A stretch of 63,877 nt of DNA, filler included, from Reticulomyxa filosa (GCA_000512085.1; 14 parts of 14 records of this genome joined end to end with filler, not necessarily neighbours in it), one strand, 5' to 3'. Shown: positions 12,101-28,560, counted from the whole stretch's first letter. Numbers and translations are program-made. Notes: a model not told the origin generated them from the sequence alone.

Positions 12101-15100
12101 TTTTATTTCCCCATTCCACAAGGCTACGCACCTTTGGTGGGAGATGATCCTCGCTTGAGTTATACGTTACGCGCACGTTTAGCGGCGATGAGCATTACCC
12201 AAATGATTCAAGGGCAAGGGTATTATATTCTGTTACCGCAAGGCGATTTCCAAAAGAGCTGCAAACTGGCACACGAGTTTTCCAAGTTGGGTATCGCTGT
12301 GAGCATACTGCCTCGCGCCTACGTACCGTCATTAAGCATGGAAGGAATCGAGCCGAATGTGGAGTGTCGCAGTGAGTCAATCAATAACCAGGCGCAATTG
12401 ATCTTTAGTGCAAATGTATCAAGAAGCATTATCAGTGAAATTGTCGCATTGATTCGATGGCTATTACAGTGTCAAGAACAAACTGCCCCTACTTTACATG
12501 ATCACTCGAGTGCAGGCAGTCGATCCAAGCGATCATTGTCCATATCCAACACCCGACCAAATAACGATGAGAACAATGACGCATCCAATGTCAATTCCAT
12601 TGACGCAAGCAGTGATGTGGGTGGAGGGCCGTTCCCTTCGCAACCAACTTTGGCTCGAAGTGCAAGTGTCATGTCCGCAAGAAGTGAAACGTCCATTGTC
12701 AGTACCTTGTTTGGCACGTATCGATCCAATTGGCATCAAATCACACAAAACGTATTGCTGCAGGCATTGCAGACAGCAACAAACAAAGAGGATTCCACCG
12801 GATTCATTGGCTCATTGTGCATATTGGGAGGATTCCGCGAGCCATTGCGTAATGGTGGCTTTATTCGTGTCGAGACCGGAAGTGGCAAAAACAGCTCCAC
12901 GGAAACTGCAATTGTCGTCAAAGCACCGACTTTCAGTGATCGATTGCATGTCATCTTCCAAAAGAAGCGAGACGTCATATGTGATGCCACGAGCACAATT
13001 CGCATCAATGCCAAGAACGCCACGCCCGTCAGTGAATTTCTCCCGACTTTGATCTGCTAACCGAAAACCCTCAGATTTTTGACACTTTGGTCAATATCAT
13101 TCGCTCAGATGCATCTCTGCTCGCACTGGCGTCAAATGCGGAAAGTCAAGAAAATTCGTGGCTCAATTTGTTGCGTTCCGCGCAAAATATCGACAAACAA
13201 TTGCCAATGCTGACAAATTCGTTTACTAATTCCGCTCAAACTCCGCCCACGTATTTTATATATACATATACATATATATATGTACTTAATTGTTATTGTT
13301 TAATTCTTTGTATTTTAAAAAAAAAAAAAATAGGAGTGATGAAGAAGAGGAAGAGAAGGAAGAAAAAGATGAAAAGACAGAAGAAAAGAAGGAAACAAAG
13401 GAGGAGAAGACATTGCAGCAAATAACGGCGGTGGAAAAGGCCACTCGTGAATCATTGATTGTAAGTACGAATGACACAAAGACAAGTGAGCCAGAAGACT
13501 CTGTGGAGTCTCATTTGGTATGGAGTGAGCTACGTTATCGTGCAATGGGAGTGGTGGAGTCGCTGTTATTGTCGTCGCAACAGAGTCCATTGAGTCCGCA
13601 ATTGGTCGACAAGGCCGTGCATTTGTTATTGGAAAAGGCGTTGGAAAATGACTCCCGTCGAAGCCAATTGCCAAGTGCAGATGTCGAAGATGCAATGTCG
13701 AAAGCATTACTTTTGCGAGATCGTTTGTGGGAAATCGAAAACTTGATGTTGCCGTGCTTTGTGCAAACGCCTTTGGCGCCCATGCAAACGCTCAAAGCGA
13801 AAGACGTGGAAGACCCATTGACGGAACAAAAGGCCTCGGAAATGAAATGGGTATATTCGCGGTCGTTGTACCAATATGACAAACAAGACACGGATGACAA
13901 TAAAAACAATTTGTTGCGTTACTACGATAAACATATCGTACCGAGATTGCAAGATCATCTACGAAGATACTTCCAACCATTTGAAGTGGCGGATTATACG
14001 ATGCAATTCCGAAAGCCATTGCAAAGTGGAGATGAAATCACCTCATTCAAAGTGGCTTGGGTGCTATGTGACAACCGAGTGCCCGAGGGAGTGGCCTTCC
14101 CAGACACGGATCGAGATTGGACCACATTGATGGTGGATGACATTCGTCCAGGACAACACGTGTATGTGACCCCTTACGCATTGAAGTCGCCATTGATGCA
14201 TGGAGAGTACATGCAAAAGTTTGTCGGACAAATTGGAAGGGTGCGATCGACGGACGAAGATTCGGAGTGTGTGTTGGTGCAATTCTACGATGAGTGGAAA
14301 TGTACTAACAATGCCTATTGGTTTGAGTCGCGAGTGCTACGTCATGTTCGACCCTTTTATTTCATGAGCAAGTTTGGAGGCTGGTTAGAGCGATACTTGA
14401 GTCGCTCCGAATGTTCGTTGGCGTTGATTGAAATGGAAGAAAAGGCTGTACTGTTGGCTTTGCAAAGAGCTTTGTTCACATTGTGTTGTCAGGCCGAAAA
14501 CCCATTGCCCCGTTTGAAACAGTTGTTATTCGAATTGGAACAGCACAATGACAATACATCGATTTCAAAGACTATTGATTCACCTGAATCTGAAGTTAAA
14601 CAAGAAATGGAAATGAAAATGGAAATCAAGACCAGAGATCCAATTGATTTTGTGTTATCGGCAGTGACACAAGCAATTCGATTACGTGATTTGGAGAGAC
14701 TCGGCGAGCCGTTATTGGAATATGAAGAGAACATTGAACAATTGAATGAAAATCTATTCGCTTATGCCCGTGAAGAGGGACTAAGCGAAACGGAATTGGC
14801 CGCGAAATGGATGGAAAAGTTGGATCATCGATTGAACAACGCAGCCACGTTTTATCGAGACAATCGCATGTATCGGTATTCACGCGAATGCGACAGCAAG
14901 GTCAGAGGATACTCACGAGCCATATCTGTGTCCGGAGCATGTGCATTAGTCATTCTGTTTAGCAAACAGTCGGAACTGCCTAGCTCCCAATACTCGACCC
15001 ATTCCGTCGCCATTTATTCCGATGAAACCTGTCAATCACTTGTCAAAATATATTCCGCCGGACAAGCACCAAAAGATGTGTTGCTACCCGCAGTTGTGCC

Positions 15101-18100
15101 GAGTCACGAATGTTGGGTCAAATTGTCGTATCCCGAAATATGTCCTTTGGTCGAATTGCAAGTATTGCCGATCCATCCTGATTTGGGTCTGTCCTTTTGG
15201 TTGATTCGATTCCTGCTCCAGTCCATTGCCACAAAGACATTGGCAGACACAACCGACATATCCATGTCGCAAAGCATTGACATGTGTGTGAAAATGATAC
15301 AATTGCTATTCCAACACTGGCAATTAACGACATTGCAAGTGTCGCCATTGAAGCAGGCATTGCTGTCTTTGGTATTCCAGATTCTTTCGACAATTGACAT
15401 CATTGCGAAGAAACGCAATGACAATGAAGAAATTCAAATGGCCATTGACAACGGATTGGAAGTATTGAAAGACTTTACATCCGAAACCAAAGACATTTTC
15501 GATTTGGAAAGTGGCAGCGAAGTGACCACATATTTCCAATTGCTCGTCGATATCTTGGTATTGGCCGACAAACTACGCTCCAGCTCGTGCAAGCAGATAA
15601 CCAAGGTATCATTTTCATTGAAAGGAGATGACGACGACGACGACAAGGACGCCGAGGCAGCCGGAGACAATGGCGATGAAGAAGACGAAGCGTCAAAAGA
15701 GTGGGATTGCCCGATTTGCACATTAAAAAATCCCTTTGTCGAAGACAAGTGCGGCTTATGTGGAGCCAGCCGTCCTCCAATCAAAGCCAAAGCGAAACAC
15801 GATACCAAAGGATTGAGCTCCAACAAAGTGCAACAGCAATTGATTGGCTTTTCGACTGCCATTCAATTCTTTAAGAACGTGGACAAATCCAACGCATTTG
15901 TCATCGAGACGTTGTTCAAAGCGGCGTGGAATGCTTTGAAGAATGAAACTGATCCTACCAAACAATGGTTTTTACTCACAAATGTCCCTCCAGGGCCCGA
16001 TGACAAAGTCAAGGACATCCTTCGCCAATGCATCCAACGCATCGAGTCGGACACAAGAGTATGTCTTGGAGACATCCATTTGGGTTCTGATCCGCAGGCC
16101 AACAAGCCTGTCACCAAGAAACACAAATTTATTCGCAAGGCGTTCCATCCGGGAGTTAACATCAAAGAAATGGGTGAAAGGGGAATTGTACATTATTTGG
16201 CGACCAATGGAAAAGCAGAGGCTTGGAAGAATCCAATGGACGAGGGATTGCTTCATGTTCGAATGAAAAGCTTAGCTCCCAATAGCAAACCTGCAAATAG
16301 TATTGTTGGAAATAAATCCGTTCGCTGCGTCACCAAATCGGAGCCTGACAGTTATGTGGTTATCGACTTTGGTGAAAGACGAGTCTGTCCTTCTTATTAC
16401 AAATTGCGACATTATTCATACAGTGATCGCGATGCATTGCGCAATTGGAGACTGGAAGGATGTCAAGAAGGCAGTGCTCATGCGCTGTCGACTTCCACAA
16501 TCACAGTCACGGAAGACATTGATATCAACAGCAAGTGGGACGTATTGGTCGATCATAAGAATGATGAGTCATTGAAAAAGGCCGGACAGATCCATCAATG
16601 GAAAATCCCTGACGATGTTCCACAGAAATTCTATCATAAATTCCGAATCCTTATCACCGGACCAAATTCCAGTGGCACTTTTGCTTTGGCATTGACCGCC
16701 TTTGAAATCTATGGTACTTTGGAATTGCCTCCACAGACCTCATCAAAGGTGCAATTGACCCATCGATTTGCAATTATCGAAGTAAGCAACGTAACCGAAG
16801 AAGTGGAGCAAGTATTGCTGTCCATTAGTGGTACCACCGTAAAAGCACCCAGCGGATGCGAACAGGAATTTTTGGAACCTGAAAAAGACAATCTGGCTTT
16901 GCCGCGACAAACCAGCGCTTCCAGTGAAGATTCTTCCAGTGGAGCTGTTCCCGATATTTTCCAACCACCCCCTGCGACGAGTGTCGATGAAAACGTGTCA
17001 CCCCAACAACAACAACAACAACAACAACAACAGCAACAGCCAGTTCCTCCAGAATCTGGACAGGCTTCTGCGCAACCTACATCACAGGAAGCCACAGCTG
17101 CTACTTCCAGTACAAATACAAATGCTGCTCCAGTCCCAGAGTCCGCACAACAACAACCAGTAGTCTCAGAGCCGATAAAGGCGACGACAGAGACAGAGAC
17201 AGAGACATTGCCCTCCAATCAATACATACTGGTTGACAAACCAGAGCAGAAAAAAGAGGAGGAAAGATATGTCTTGGAGCCCATTGTAAGCCAATTGCAG
17301 ATCATTCGATTTTCGGAATTGCCGGATATGCACATTGCCAAAGACACATTTTTGAAAGGCCTGTTTTTGAAAGAGTCTGAAAGTGCAGTTACAATCAAAG
17401 ATGAGCCAAGCGAAACAAAGGAAGAAAACAAAGATAAGGACACAACTGAACAAAGCAATGTGAATAATGAAGCAGAAGACAACAAGGACGACAAACACTC
17501 AAAAGAAAGCCTAAAAGATCAATGGAAAGCATTGTTCAAAACAATAGTATTCCGAGACATCCAATCCAATTCGAAAGAAGACATCACACAAGAAGCGTTT
17601 ACACAAATGCTGTCTCAAAATCCAGAAGTGCAAGAACTGATTTCGTCATTGTACGAACAACTGGAAATCAATGATGAAACGACTCCATTGACATGGGAAC
17701 AGGTGCAAAGCGTAATTGTATTACTAATCAAAATCAATCCGAAAGTTGTATTTGATTGGGTGTATGCCAATGGCTATGATCACTACGGGACAAGGAGATT
17801 TAACAACAATTTTGAAAGTTCGCTGCAAGAGCAAATTGTATTCCAAAAGAATATTGTCACCAAATGTCCACACTTTGATACGCTGTTCCTGAAACATTGC
17901 TTTGCAATTGCCGAAAAATTGGGATTCCGTTCGTTGCAACAGCTAAGACCAATGTATATCAGACACGTATTGCCAGAAGAGGTGCAAAGCGATCCAAGCT
18001 TGCGTGACTTGCTCCTTTTCAAAGACGAAACGCCCGTTGAAATGTTACGACTACGTTTCAGCGCATTCCAATGTCTCAACGCAGTGGTGGCCAAAATGCT

Positions 18101-19670
18101 AGCCTTTGTGAATCTGTCCAACTATGAGATGTCCTCTTCATTGGCCCATTTGCTGTGCATCGTCGGCGATGAGTACATATTCACTCAAATGAAGACTGAT
18201 TTCTTGCAAAGTGTGATGGATGCGACATCCCAACCAGTGGAAAAGAAGCCTGTTGTGAGAATGAATCGCATGAAATTATTGAATAAACTGTCCACTGTTG
18301 GTTCATTAGATTTTGCAACGGAATCCAACTTTGGCTTTGGGTATCAACAGCTATCCCATGTAGATGAATCACAACTCCGGCCACCCAAACCTCAAGGTGC
18401 GGATCCATTTGTTGCCTTTGTGTTGGAATTAATTGGACAATTTGTGGAAGGTGACACTGGTCCTTATCGACAATACTTTAGTGATGTCAGCAATGAATTG
18501 CAAAGTCCAGAGTCTTATTTATTCCAACTCACTCCAAATGGTCGCAGACCGCAACTGGATTTGATGAACAAAGATAAATTCATTGTTCGACCTTCCCATC
18601 CCAATCTATTGTTATCCGCATCATCTGCTGCCAACACAAGTGCAAATGTAAATACAAATGCAAATGCAAATGCTGCAGAAGAGGCGACTCATGGCGACAA
18701 TGGTGCTGACGTACCTGAACGTAGTGCTCGCAAAGGAGCATCAGAAGGACTGAATATCCAATCGGCTAAAGACAGCGCAAATTTGAAAGAAGAGCAATTT
18801 GGCATGTTTGAATTTTTGGGTAAGTTGATTGGAATGTGCTTGCGAACGGGTGTAAAATTGAACCTGTCTTTGCCGGCATTCTTTTGGAAACCATTGGTTG
18901 GAGTGAGCTGTGGACGAAAGGATTTGTATGAAATTGACACGTTCTTATGTAAGGGATTGGATGAGATTTGGAACTATCCTCCAGAGAAAAAGGATGAATT
19001 TGAAAATGAAGTGAAAGAAACGTTTATGACAACTTTATCGGATATGACATTGGTGGAATTGAAATCCAATGGCAGTGAAATCCCTGTTACATATGAAAAT
19101 CGCAGGGAATATGTATCATTGGTATATCAGGCGAGATTGAATGAACATATGCCACACATGGAGTATATTCGACGAGGTATCCACAAAATTGTTCCCATTC
19201 ATGTGCTGTCATTATTCACATGGGAGGAATTGGAAAGGTTAATTTGTGGAGTCCCTCAAATCAACGTTGATTTGTTGCGAAGACATACTGTGTATGACAA
19301 AGCAATTGAACCCAACAGTGATTATATTCAATGGTTCTGGGAGATATTAAATGAGCTATCTCCAGAAAATAAACGCAAATTTATTCGATTCACATGGGCT
19401 CAAGAGCGATTACCCAATGATGACGAAGAGTTTGCACGATTACGATTGAGATTTTTGATTAAGCCTGTTGTGAGAACAACTGCGAATATTGATCGATTAT
19501 TACCAAAAGCACACACATGTTTCTTTCATTTAGAGTTACCACAGTATTCTACCAAAGAAATTATGAAAGAACGTTTGTTGCTGGCAATCACTGAATCTTT
19601 ATCAATGAATGCAGATGAACCTGGAAGAGATGATCTAAATCAAGCCGCCCCACAGGAAGAAGATTTTTAA
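6416..19670 (+). CDS. Giant HECT E3 ubiquitin ligase (HECTD4-like SPRY+HECT with NZF fingers, UIMs and a HECTD1-type Sad1/UNC-like domain); 5'-partial
   Basis: C-terminal HECT ending LPKAHTCFFHLELPQYS (catalytic Cys). SPRY at about 11690-12110 (GRWYYEV...QIGW...GDDAYSWAYDG...GDVIGCALD). RanBP2/NZF fingers at about 9497, 9680 and 15703. UIMs SEEDQIEAAIQASL and DDEIQQAIKLAK. Introns near 7030-7105, 7200-7255, 7415-7478 and 13251-13333. Single-base frameshifts near 8005 and 13038. Confidence 0.92.
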
Positions 19671-19996
19671 ATTAAAAAATTTTACTTTTTTGACGTCTGC
19701 TATTCGGTAGCCTTTGTAGCGAAATGCAAAATACTGATAGTTTGTTTGATCATTTTTTATTTTCAGCTGTTCAAAAGTTTTCTCTTTTTTTCCCACGAGT
19801 CAGATCCAAAATTAGTTTTTCTTCCAAAAAGACATAATTTGTCTTACAGTCACAACTTTGAAAGTTTTTTGCTGCAGTAATTATTTTCCAAGCCTCACAA
19901 AATAAAATCAACTCGTCTGCAAAGGGTATTTTTTTTTTTTTGTGAAATGACTGAAAGCAAAACAATATACAATCCTTCTTATTAAAGAAGTTCACA

Positions 19997-22712
19997 ATGC
20001 CAATTAATCAGCTATCTTGGTCCATTGGAATATCTTTGGCAATAAGTGCCAATATAATCAGCAACATTGGCTTAAATGTTCAAAAAAAAGCACACTCGTA
20101 AGAAATGATTTTCAATATGAGCCTTTATCCTTGTTTATGATATGCTGTTTGAGGATAAACAACAATAACAAAAAAAAAAATGAAGCACGCGAGCTGAATA
20201 TTCTAAATCATTGAATTACGAGCCACTAGAAAAGCAAAAGAGTAATATACAGGTGATTCCGTTTAATTTTCTATTTTGCTGAATTTGTACAAAGACAAGC
20301 AAAAAAAATTAAACTTTTAGAAGAAAGTGCAATCATCGTATGTGTGTGATTCGTTATGGTTGATTGGATTATTTTTGCAAATTGTTGGAGCAGTGTTTGA
20401 TTTCGCAGCGTTGGGATTTGCACCACAGTCAGTGGTAGCCCCATTGGGGTCTTTGACTTTAGTTGTGAATGTATTCTTGGCCCCAATTATGCAAAACGAA
20501 AAGCCTTCCAAATCGACTATCGTTGCCACTTTTATCATTGTCATTGGTTGCGTCATCACCGTTATTTTTTCCGCCAAAGGAGACTCTCTTTCCAAGTCTA
20601 AACAAAAAAAAAAAGGGGAGGGAAGAGGGGTGTAACTACTGCCTCTACGTGGGGGGGACATTTTTTTTTTTAAAAACAAATAATCCTTATCCTACTCTTC
20701 CTTTTTTTTTTTTTAAATATGGCTGTGATCACATTTTATTTTATTTTATTTTTTTTTGAACGATAGTATCGACGATGTATTTGCAATGTACCGACACCGA
20801 GAATTTGCATACTATGCAGCTGCTTGTGGGGGATGGATAATATTGCTTTGGTTCTTCGTTCAATTTGTGGTTCGATTGAGTCGCTATGATTCACATTTGT
20901 ATCGAACAAAGTATTTTCGCTTCCATCAATTTGCAATTGCCACATTGAGCGGGACAATGGGAGCCCAAAATATATTGTTTGCAAAAGGAGCGTCGACCTT
21001 GCTAGTGCTCACCGTTACAAACAAGGGAATGATGTTTACCCATTACCCAACGTACTTAATTTTGGTTGGTCTTTTTTGGAGCATTTATTTCCAATTGCGT
21101 TGGCTCAATTCCGGATTAAAAAGGCACTTTTGTTTGTGCATATTTTACTTTTGTGTGATGTGTGTATTTGTGATTGGTACGTATACAAACATTGTTCTGA
21201 CGCGCTCTTAACCAAAAACAAAAACAAAAAGCACTTTCTTTAACATTACCAATAACATTTATGTTAGATTCTCAGCGTTACAAGTGGTGCCGATATTTCA
21301 GTCGTTTTGGATTTTAGTATCCGTTATGGGCGGGTTGGCGGTGTATCAAGAATTCAATGATATGGATACACTTACGAAGTTTGTGTTTCCAATTGGTGTG
21401 CTCATGACTGTTGGTGGGGTGTCTTACTTGACTGCACAAAAACAGCCCAAGACAAACAAGCAAGTCTCACAAAAAGATAATGTCATATGTCACGCCGATA
21501 TTCATATCAATGCAAATGCAAGTGTAAATGCTGATGTTGATATTGCTATCGAATCCAGTAGTCCATCGTTATCATCAATAAAAGAAACATCTCAACATTG
21601 CAATGGGAATGTGGATGCTACTTGTTTCAATCAAGTTGTGTTGGATGGTGTTACCACGATCGAAGACAATCCACCTCACTTTGAAGTAGCGGCGTGTCAC
21701 GTGGACAGCCGCTTTGCTGGACATATCTCTGTGCAAGAAAAAACACTCGAACATGACGCAATTCAATATGCAGTCGAAAAAAGAGAGGCTGAAAAAATTT
21801 TGGCTATGCCTTTCCGTCCTACCGATTCTGAGTTATTTGAATGATCCCAACTCTCCCTTTTTTTTTAAAAAAAAAAAAGATGTTTCTCTAGTGTTACTAC
21901 TTTTTTTTTTTTGCAAATAGTAAATTGGAGGAAGATCACCATCGACGCTTGCCGTCAGCCATCGCCATTGTTGCAAAAACTTTTGAATATGGAGAAGCTG
22001 CCATGGTAACGGGGTCTTCTTTAGGGAGGTTATTAATCCAACCCGACGAGTTATTAAAAGATAGTTCGTTGGGAATAGATGAATCAATAGTCGATTGTCG
22101 TGATGACAATCAGGTTGAAACTCCCAAACAGAAACAAAGTCACCAACACAATAAAAGTCATCGAAGGCATTCCATGCATCTTACTTTGACATCCACGTTT
22201 GTTTGTTTGTTTGTTTCATTTTCATTGGATTATATTGGAATTTGGGAAATTTCTTAACATATAATAATAAACCAAAAAAATTATTATTTAGGGTCGAAGA
22301 TAACAAAAAAAGTACCAAAAAAGACAGTGGAAGATCTTCTTCCACTAGTCCTCTTTTGGGCTCTGCTCGTCAAAAATGGTGGGACATTTTCACTCTGCCG
22401 AGCAATGACAAAGGAAATATAAACCATAAGAACTGCAATGAAAACATAAACAATACTCACTCGACATCGAACAGCATAATTCAACAAGATATTTTGATAT
22501 CACAAAGCTTTTCTTTGGGTTAAGTTAAAGTTTTTGGATTTAAAAAACTAAAACCGAATTGACTTTATATGTATATGCATATTTATAACTCAGGTGAATC
22601 TGTTACTGGTGGTCCAGCCGTAGAAAGTCTGACACCTGCTGCAGAAGATAATTCAAATCATTCTATTATGTCTCAAAGTCATTACACAGTAATGAGTAAT
22701 ACCGGTAATTAA
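19997..22712 (+). CDS. NIPA-family magnesium transporter (DMT superfamily) with a long C-terminal tail, multi-exon
   Basis: MPINQLSWSIGISLAISANIISNIGLNVQKKAH; DFAALGFAPQSVVAPLGSLTLVVNVFLA; QLRWLNSGLK; VVPIFQSFWILVSVMGG. A GT-AG intron at about 21831-21920 bypasses the apparent stop at 21844. Confidence 0.88.
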
Positions 22713-23405
22713 AAGGTATAAACAAAGAAAACCATTTAGGTTATTTTTGGCTATACCAATCGCACAACTAAAGGCTAACCAATTGTGTCAATTTGACCCG
22801 TGCATCACTTTCTTAAAATGTTTCAAGAAAATGTGATACAATAACGCTTTTTTTTTCAAATAATTTCTTTTCCACTTTTCAAAACTTCGAAGGTTTCCGT
22901 TTTGAATAATTATTTTGTTGTTTCATTAATTCAAAAAGTAATTTTGTGTTAAGAATTTATTCAAACATTTTTAAAAAATTTACTGTTGAGTTGTAACTAG
23001 ATTTTTCTTACATAAACAAATTTTTAGAAAATCGTTAAAAACTAATAGAAAACCAGTTACGAAAAAATTTCTTTGATTGTAATTGCATTTTTAATGTCAA
23101 AAAAGATAGATCCTCTTAATAAAGAAAACAAACGTTTTTCTAAGCTGGTCATAGCCAATCATCGACTATTTTTCCTTTTTATAATTTGTATTAGAAGACG
23201 AAAGGGTTTTTTGTTTCCATTTAAAATAAGCAACAAACCTTTAAGAGTTAGCATATCATAATTCACAATAATAGAATATGAAAAAAGTAAAAAATCAAAT
23301 GACCATTTGCAAGTTTTTGAATGTGTTAACAATGCGGAAAATGGCGTGGATTTAATAAGCTTAATGAAAAAACTCTTGTTTGTGTTGATACTTGAAAAGG
23401 TGATG

Positions 23406-24853
23406 TTAAAAGGTTTCCATAGGTTTCCATTTTGTTGTAGAATTTTCAATTTTATTTGCTGGTTTTTTTGTTTTATTCTGAGACTTTTCCAAACGTTCTT
23501 TTTTTTTAGATTTTGTTTTCTCCTTTACTTTGGTTTGAGCTTTTTTCGATCCATTTTTCACTGGAATCAATTGATACACTGCAGCAATTGGCAAATGATC
23601 ACTGACCCAATTTTCATTAGGTAATAACAATTCCTGCATATTGTATTGCATAAACTCTGGTAGAGTATTTTGAACTGCAATTAATTGGCAATTATTATAT
23701 GTATAATACAAGAAATCGACAATACTGACACCCCCATCAGCTGCAAAAGTAATATTGGGATATAACAATTGCAAATCTAAAGGTAATTGTTCATAGCTGT
23801 CACGGAATAGATATTCATGGGAATAATCACTTTTTTGTTCTTTGGCACTCAATGCTACATTAGGCCATCTTTTATCTCGATAATCCTTACTTAATTTACC
23901 CTCCAAAAGCATTTGATCAACCACTCCACCTTTTCCACTATTCATATCACCGCAAATAATTACCGGTACACTATGACTGTCAAGGCTCTTTAATCGATGT
24001 TTTGGGCAACAGCAGAAACAAAAACATACATCCATATTTTAAAAAAATGGAATTTGTTATGCAGTTTTTTTGAGGTAAATCTTTTCTTTGCAATATACCA
24101 ATTCAGATAAGCGAAAAGAAATACGGCTGAGTACAGACTTGATCTGGGCAAACCGAGTTGACCATTTATCAGGCGAGCCTTCTAAATGGACATTCACCAC
24201 AAATATATAACGAGAGCAACCCGTGTCTACATCTTCCTTATTATCCTGCACAGACTCTTGTTTTTCATCTGCCTCCGTTGTCAATCTTTCCAACAATACA
24301 AGCACAGTTCGACTTCGAAATTCATGATAAACCATTGCAAATTTTTTCGGGTCAAACAGAGTACAACAGGTTATGTGATGGGTGGTATCTTCCATCACAT
24401 GTTGAAAACCCAATTCCTTTGTACATTTTAATACATTTCCAAACTCTTGAACAAATGTAGGAGAAAACACTTCTTGCAAACATATTATATCACTTCTAAA
24501 GCTATCAATTATTTCTACTAGTTTTGGACAACGGAATGACCATTGTCGAGCTTGTTCGTTCACATACTGATAGTAGTCTTTTTGTTCAAATCTTTATTTT
24601 ATTTTTGTTTTGGGTAAAAATTTGTCAAATCTACTTTCACTCAAATGAGTATCATGTTTTATTTTTTTATATCTCTTTTTTGTTTTATCTCAGTTAAGAG
24701 AACGAAGTCATGAATGCCAAAGACTGTAGTTTACACTACTTACTTCTTTGTTAGCATGTTAAAACTTGTTACGCTGAATTGATTCCACACAGTTGCAGGT
24801 AATTGTTCAAGTCGTGGATATAATTTCACTTGTTGTTCTAATGTCTTGCTCAT
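23406..24853 (-). CDS. CCR4/Angel/nocturnin-like EEP-family exonuclease/phosphatase, multi-exon
   Basis: EEP catalytic motifs in order: SVTSFNML, DIICLQEV, NVHLEG, IICGDMNS, IVDFLYY, LPNENWVSDHLPI. Confidence 0.9.
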
Positions 24854-25749
24854 TTTTTTCTAAATGGGCGAATTGCAGAAAAATTTATTCAAATAACTTT
24901 TTTTGTTGAAGTTATTATTATCTGGTCAAAGTTTGAACGAAAGTGAAAGAAAGTTGACGTTGAAAAAAAAATAATTAATTGTTTTGACAGTTATTAGAAA
25001 AAACAAGAAAAGTTTACAACTTATTGTTAGTAACTACTTGATGAAAAACAAACAATTACTTTACAAAACAAGAATATTAATACAAGAGCCAAAGAAGACA
25101 AAATCATAACACAAACTGAGATTGTGTGAAGATAAAAAAATTAAAAAGAAAATGAATTTGCAATAAACGATAGTAACAAAAAAATATATTATGAATAAAT
25201 GATACAAATTAGAAATCGATATCAAAGCAATAATTAATCATGATAAAGGAAAAAAATTTAACACTGATTGAACAATTGAGATATGAAATATACCAGTTGC
25301 AAATTCTTTGAAAAATCTAGATCTTGTTCTTTTATATGATCTTTTTTGGCTACATTTAACTAAAAAAATGTATTAATAATAAACTTTTGTGCTTTACTTT
25401 TTGGTATGTTTGATGAAAAAGAACGTGATTAGTGTATTTCTTGCAAAATAAATTATTTGAATTATATTATTAGCAAAAGAAAATGAATAATGATAAAATC
25501 AAATTTTATTATATTATGTCACTTAATATAATACATCTTATTGTATAAGCACAAAATTAAAATTTATATATTGTATTTGTTGATTTTGATAATTAATATA
25601 CAATATAATAATTTATATTTTCTAAATAAAAGAAAAATATATTATATGAAAAATACTTTCAATACAGCATAAAATTTTTAAGTATTTTTTGGTCATAATA
25701 AAAAGTATATTTAAATATTTTTGTTTCTAAATAATTTAAATAAAAAATC

Positions 25750-25849
25750 NNNNNNNNNNNNNNNNNNNNNNNNNNNNNNNNNNNNNNNNNNNNTTAATTA
25801 ATTAANNNNNNNNNNNNNNNNNNNNNNNNNNNNNNNNNNNNNNNNNNNN
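25750..25849. other. Artificial contig spacer
   Basis: Same 100-bp spacer. Confidence 0.97.
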
Positions 25850-27700
<1,851 letters not shown>

Positions 27701-28439
27701 TATTACAATTGTGTAAAATTTATAAAATGTGTTGTCGAACGCATGCCAGCGTTACTTTTTTTTCTGTTGGTTTTTTATACACATTAATTTCCAAAATACC
27801 GTATGTGCACACAAAAAAAAAAAATGCGCTTGCCCAAAGAAGTCATTTTTTGCACTACTTATCCCAATTTCTTTTCATGCTAAGATATCTTTGTTTACCA
27901 TGTGTCAAGTATCATTTTTAGATCATAATACTTTGAATGTCAAATTCGAAGTATTGTTCAGACCGAAAATTATTTGTACACACGCTGCGAACTTTTGACA
28001 GCCGAAAGATATTATTAACATCAACTACGAAATGTTTCCACAACACACGATTAATTAATTTATAAATCAAGTATTTTCTTTGAAAGATAATTAAAATTTG
28101 CGATAATGTACAAACATTGAACAGTATATAACTGTAAGAAATTAGCCTTTTTATATTAAACCAAGATTAACTTGTATATGAGTTATTGAATCAAATACAC
28201 TTGAAAAAGACCAAACCGAGACTCATGCGATAATGTCATAATCAAAAAATAAAAGTTTGATAAATGCATTATTATTCGAGATTGTTTTAGTTTAAAAGGT
28301 GTTAGTCATGATTTCAAGATATATTATAAAATCAATTACAAAATTTATATTTATTTATTGCAACATAGCTTGAACAATATATCATCTTGCATTTCCAGAT
28401 TGAAAATGTTGTTGGCATATATAATAATAAATCAGATGT

Positions 28440-28560
28440 CTTTAGAATGAAAAAGGTTGTAATCAATGATTTAACTGAAATTTATTGGATAAAAGGTCAT
28501 TAACGTATCCCAGGTAAAAAGCGTGCTGATGTAATGGCAAAAAGGGTCAGATTCAAAGCA
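28440..28560 (+). mobile_element. Decayed RNase H remnant, probably from a retrotransposon
   Basis: EIYWIKGH*RIPGKKRADVMAK resembles the RNase HI motif WVKGHxGIPGNExADxLAK, with an in-frame stop, in AT-rich decayed sequence. Confidence 0.55.

Noticed and set aside
8074-18940. Many antisense and alternative-frame ORFs (poly-L, poly-V, poly-F, poly-C) inside the HECT gene; similar ones occur at 44059-45662 and 55869-56601
   Set aside because: They are shadows of trinucleotide-repeat coding sequence on the real strand.
24900-25749. Very AT-rich tract as an origin, centromere or organellar insert (similar tract at about 37950-38990)
   Set aside because: No repeat unit, gene remnant or RNA structure is discernible; it is consistent with ordinary intergenic DNA.
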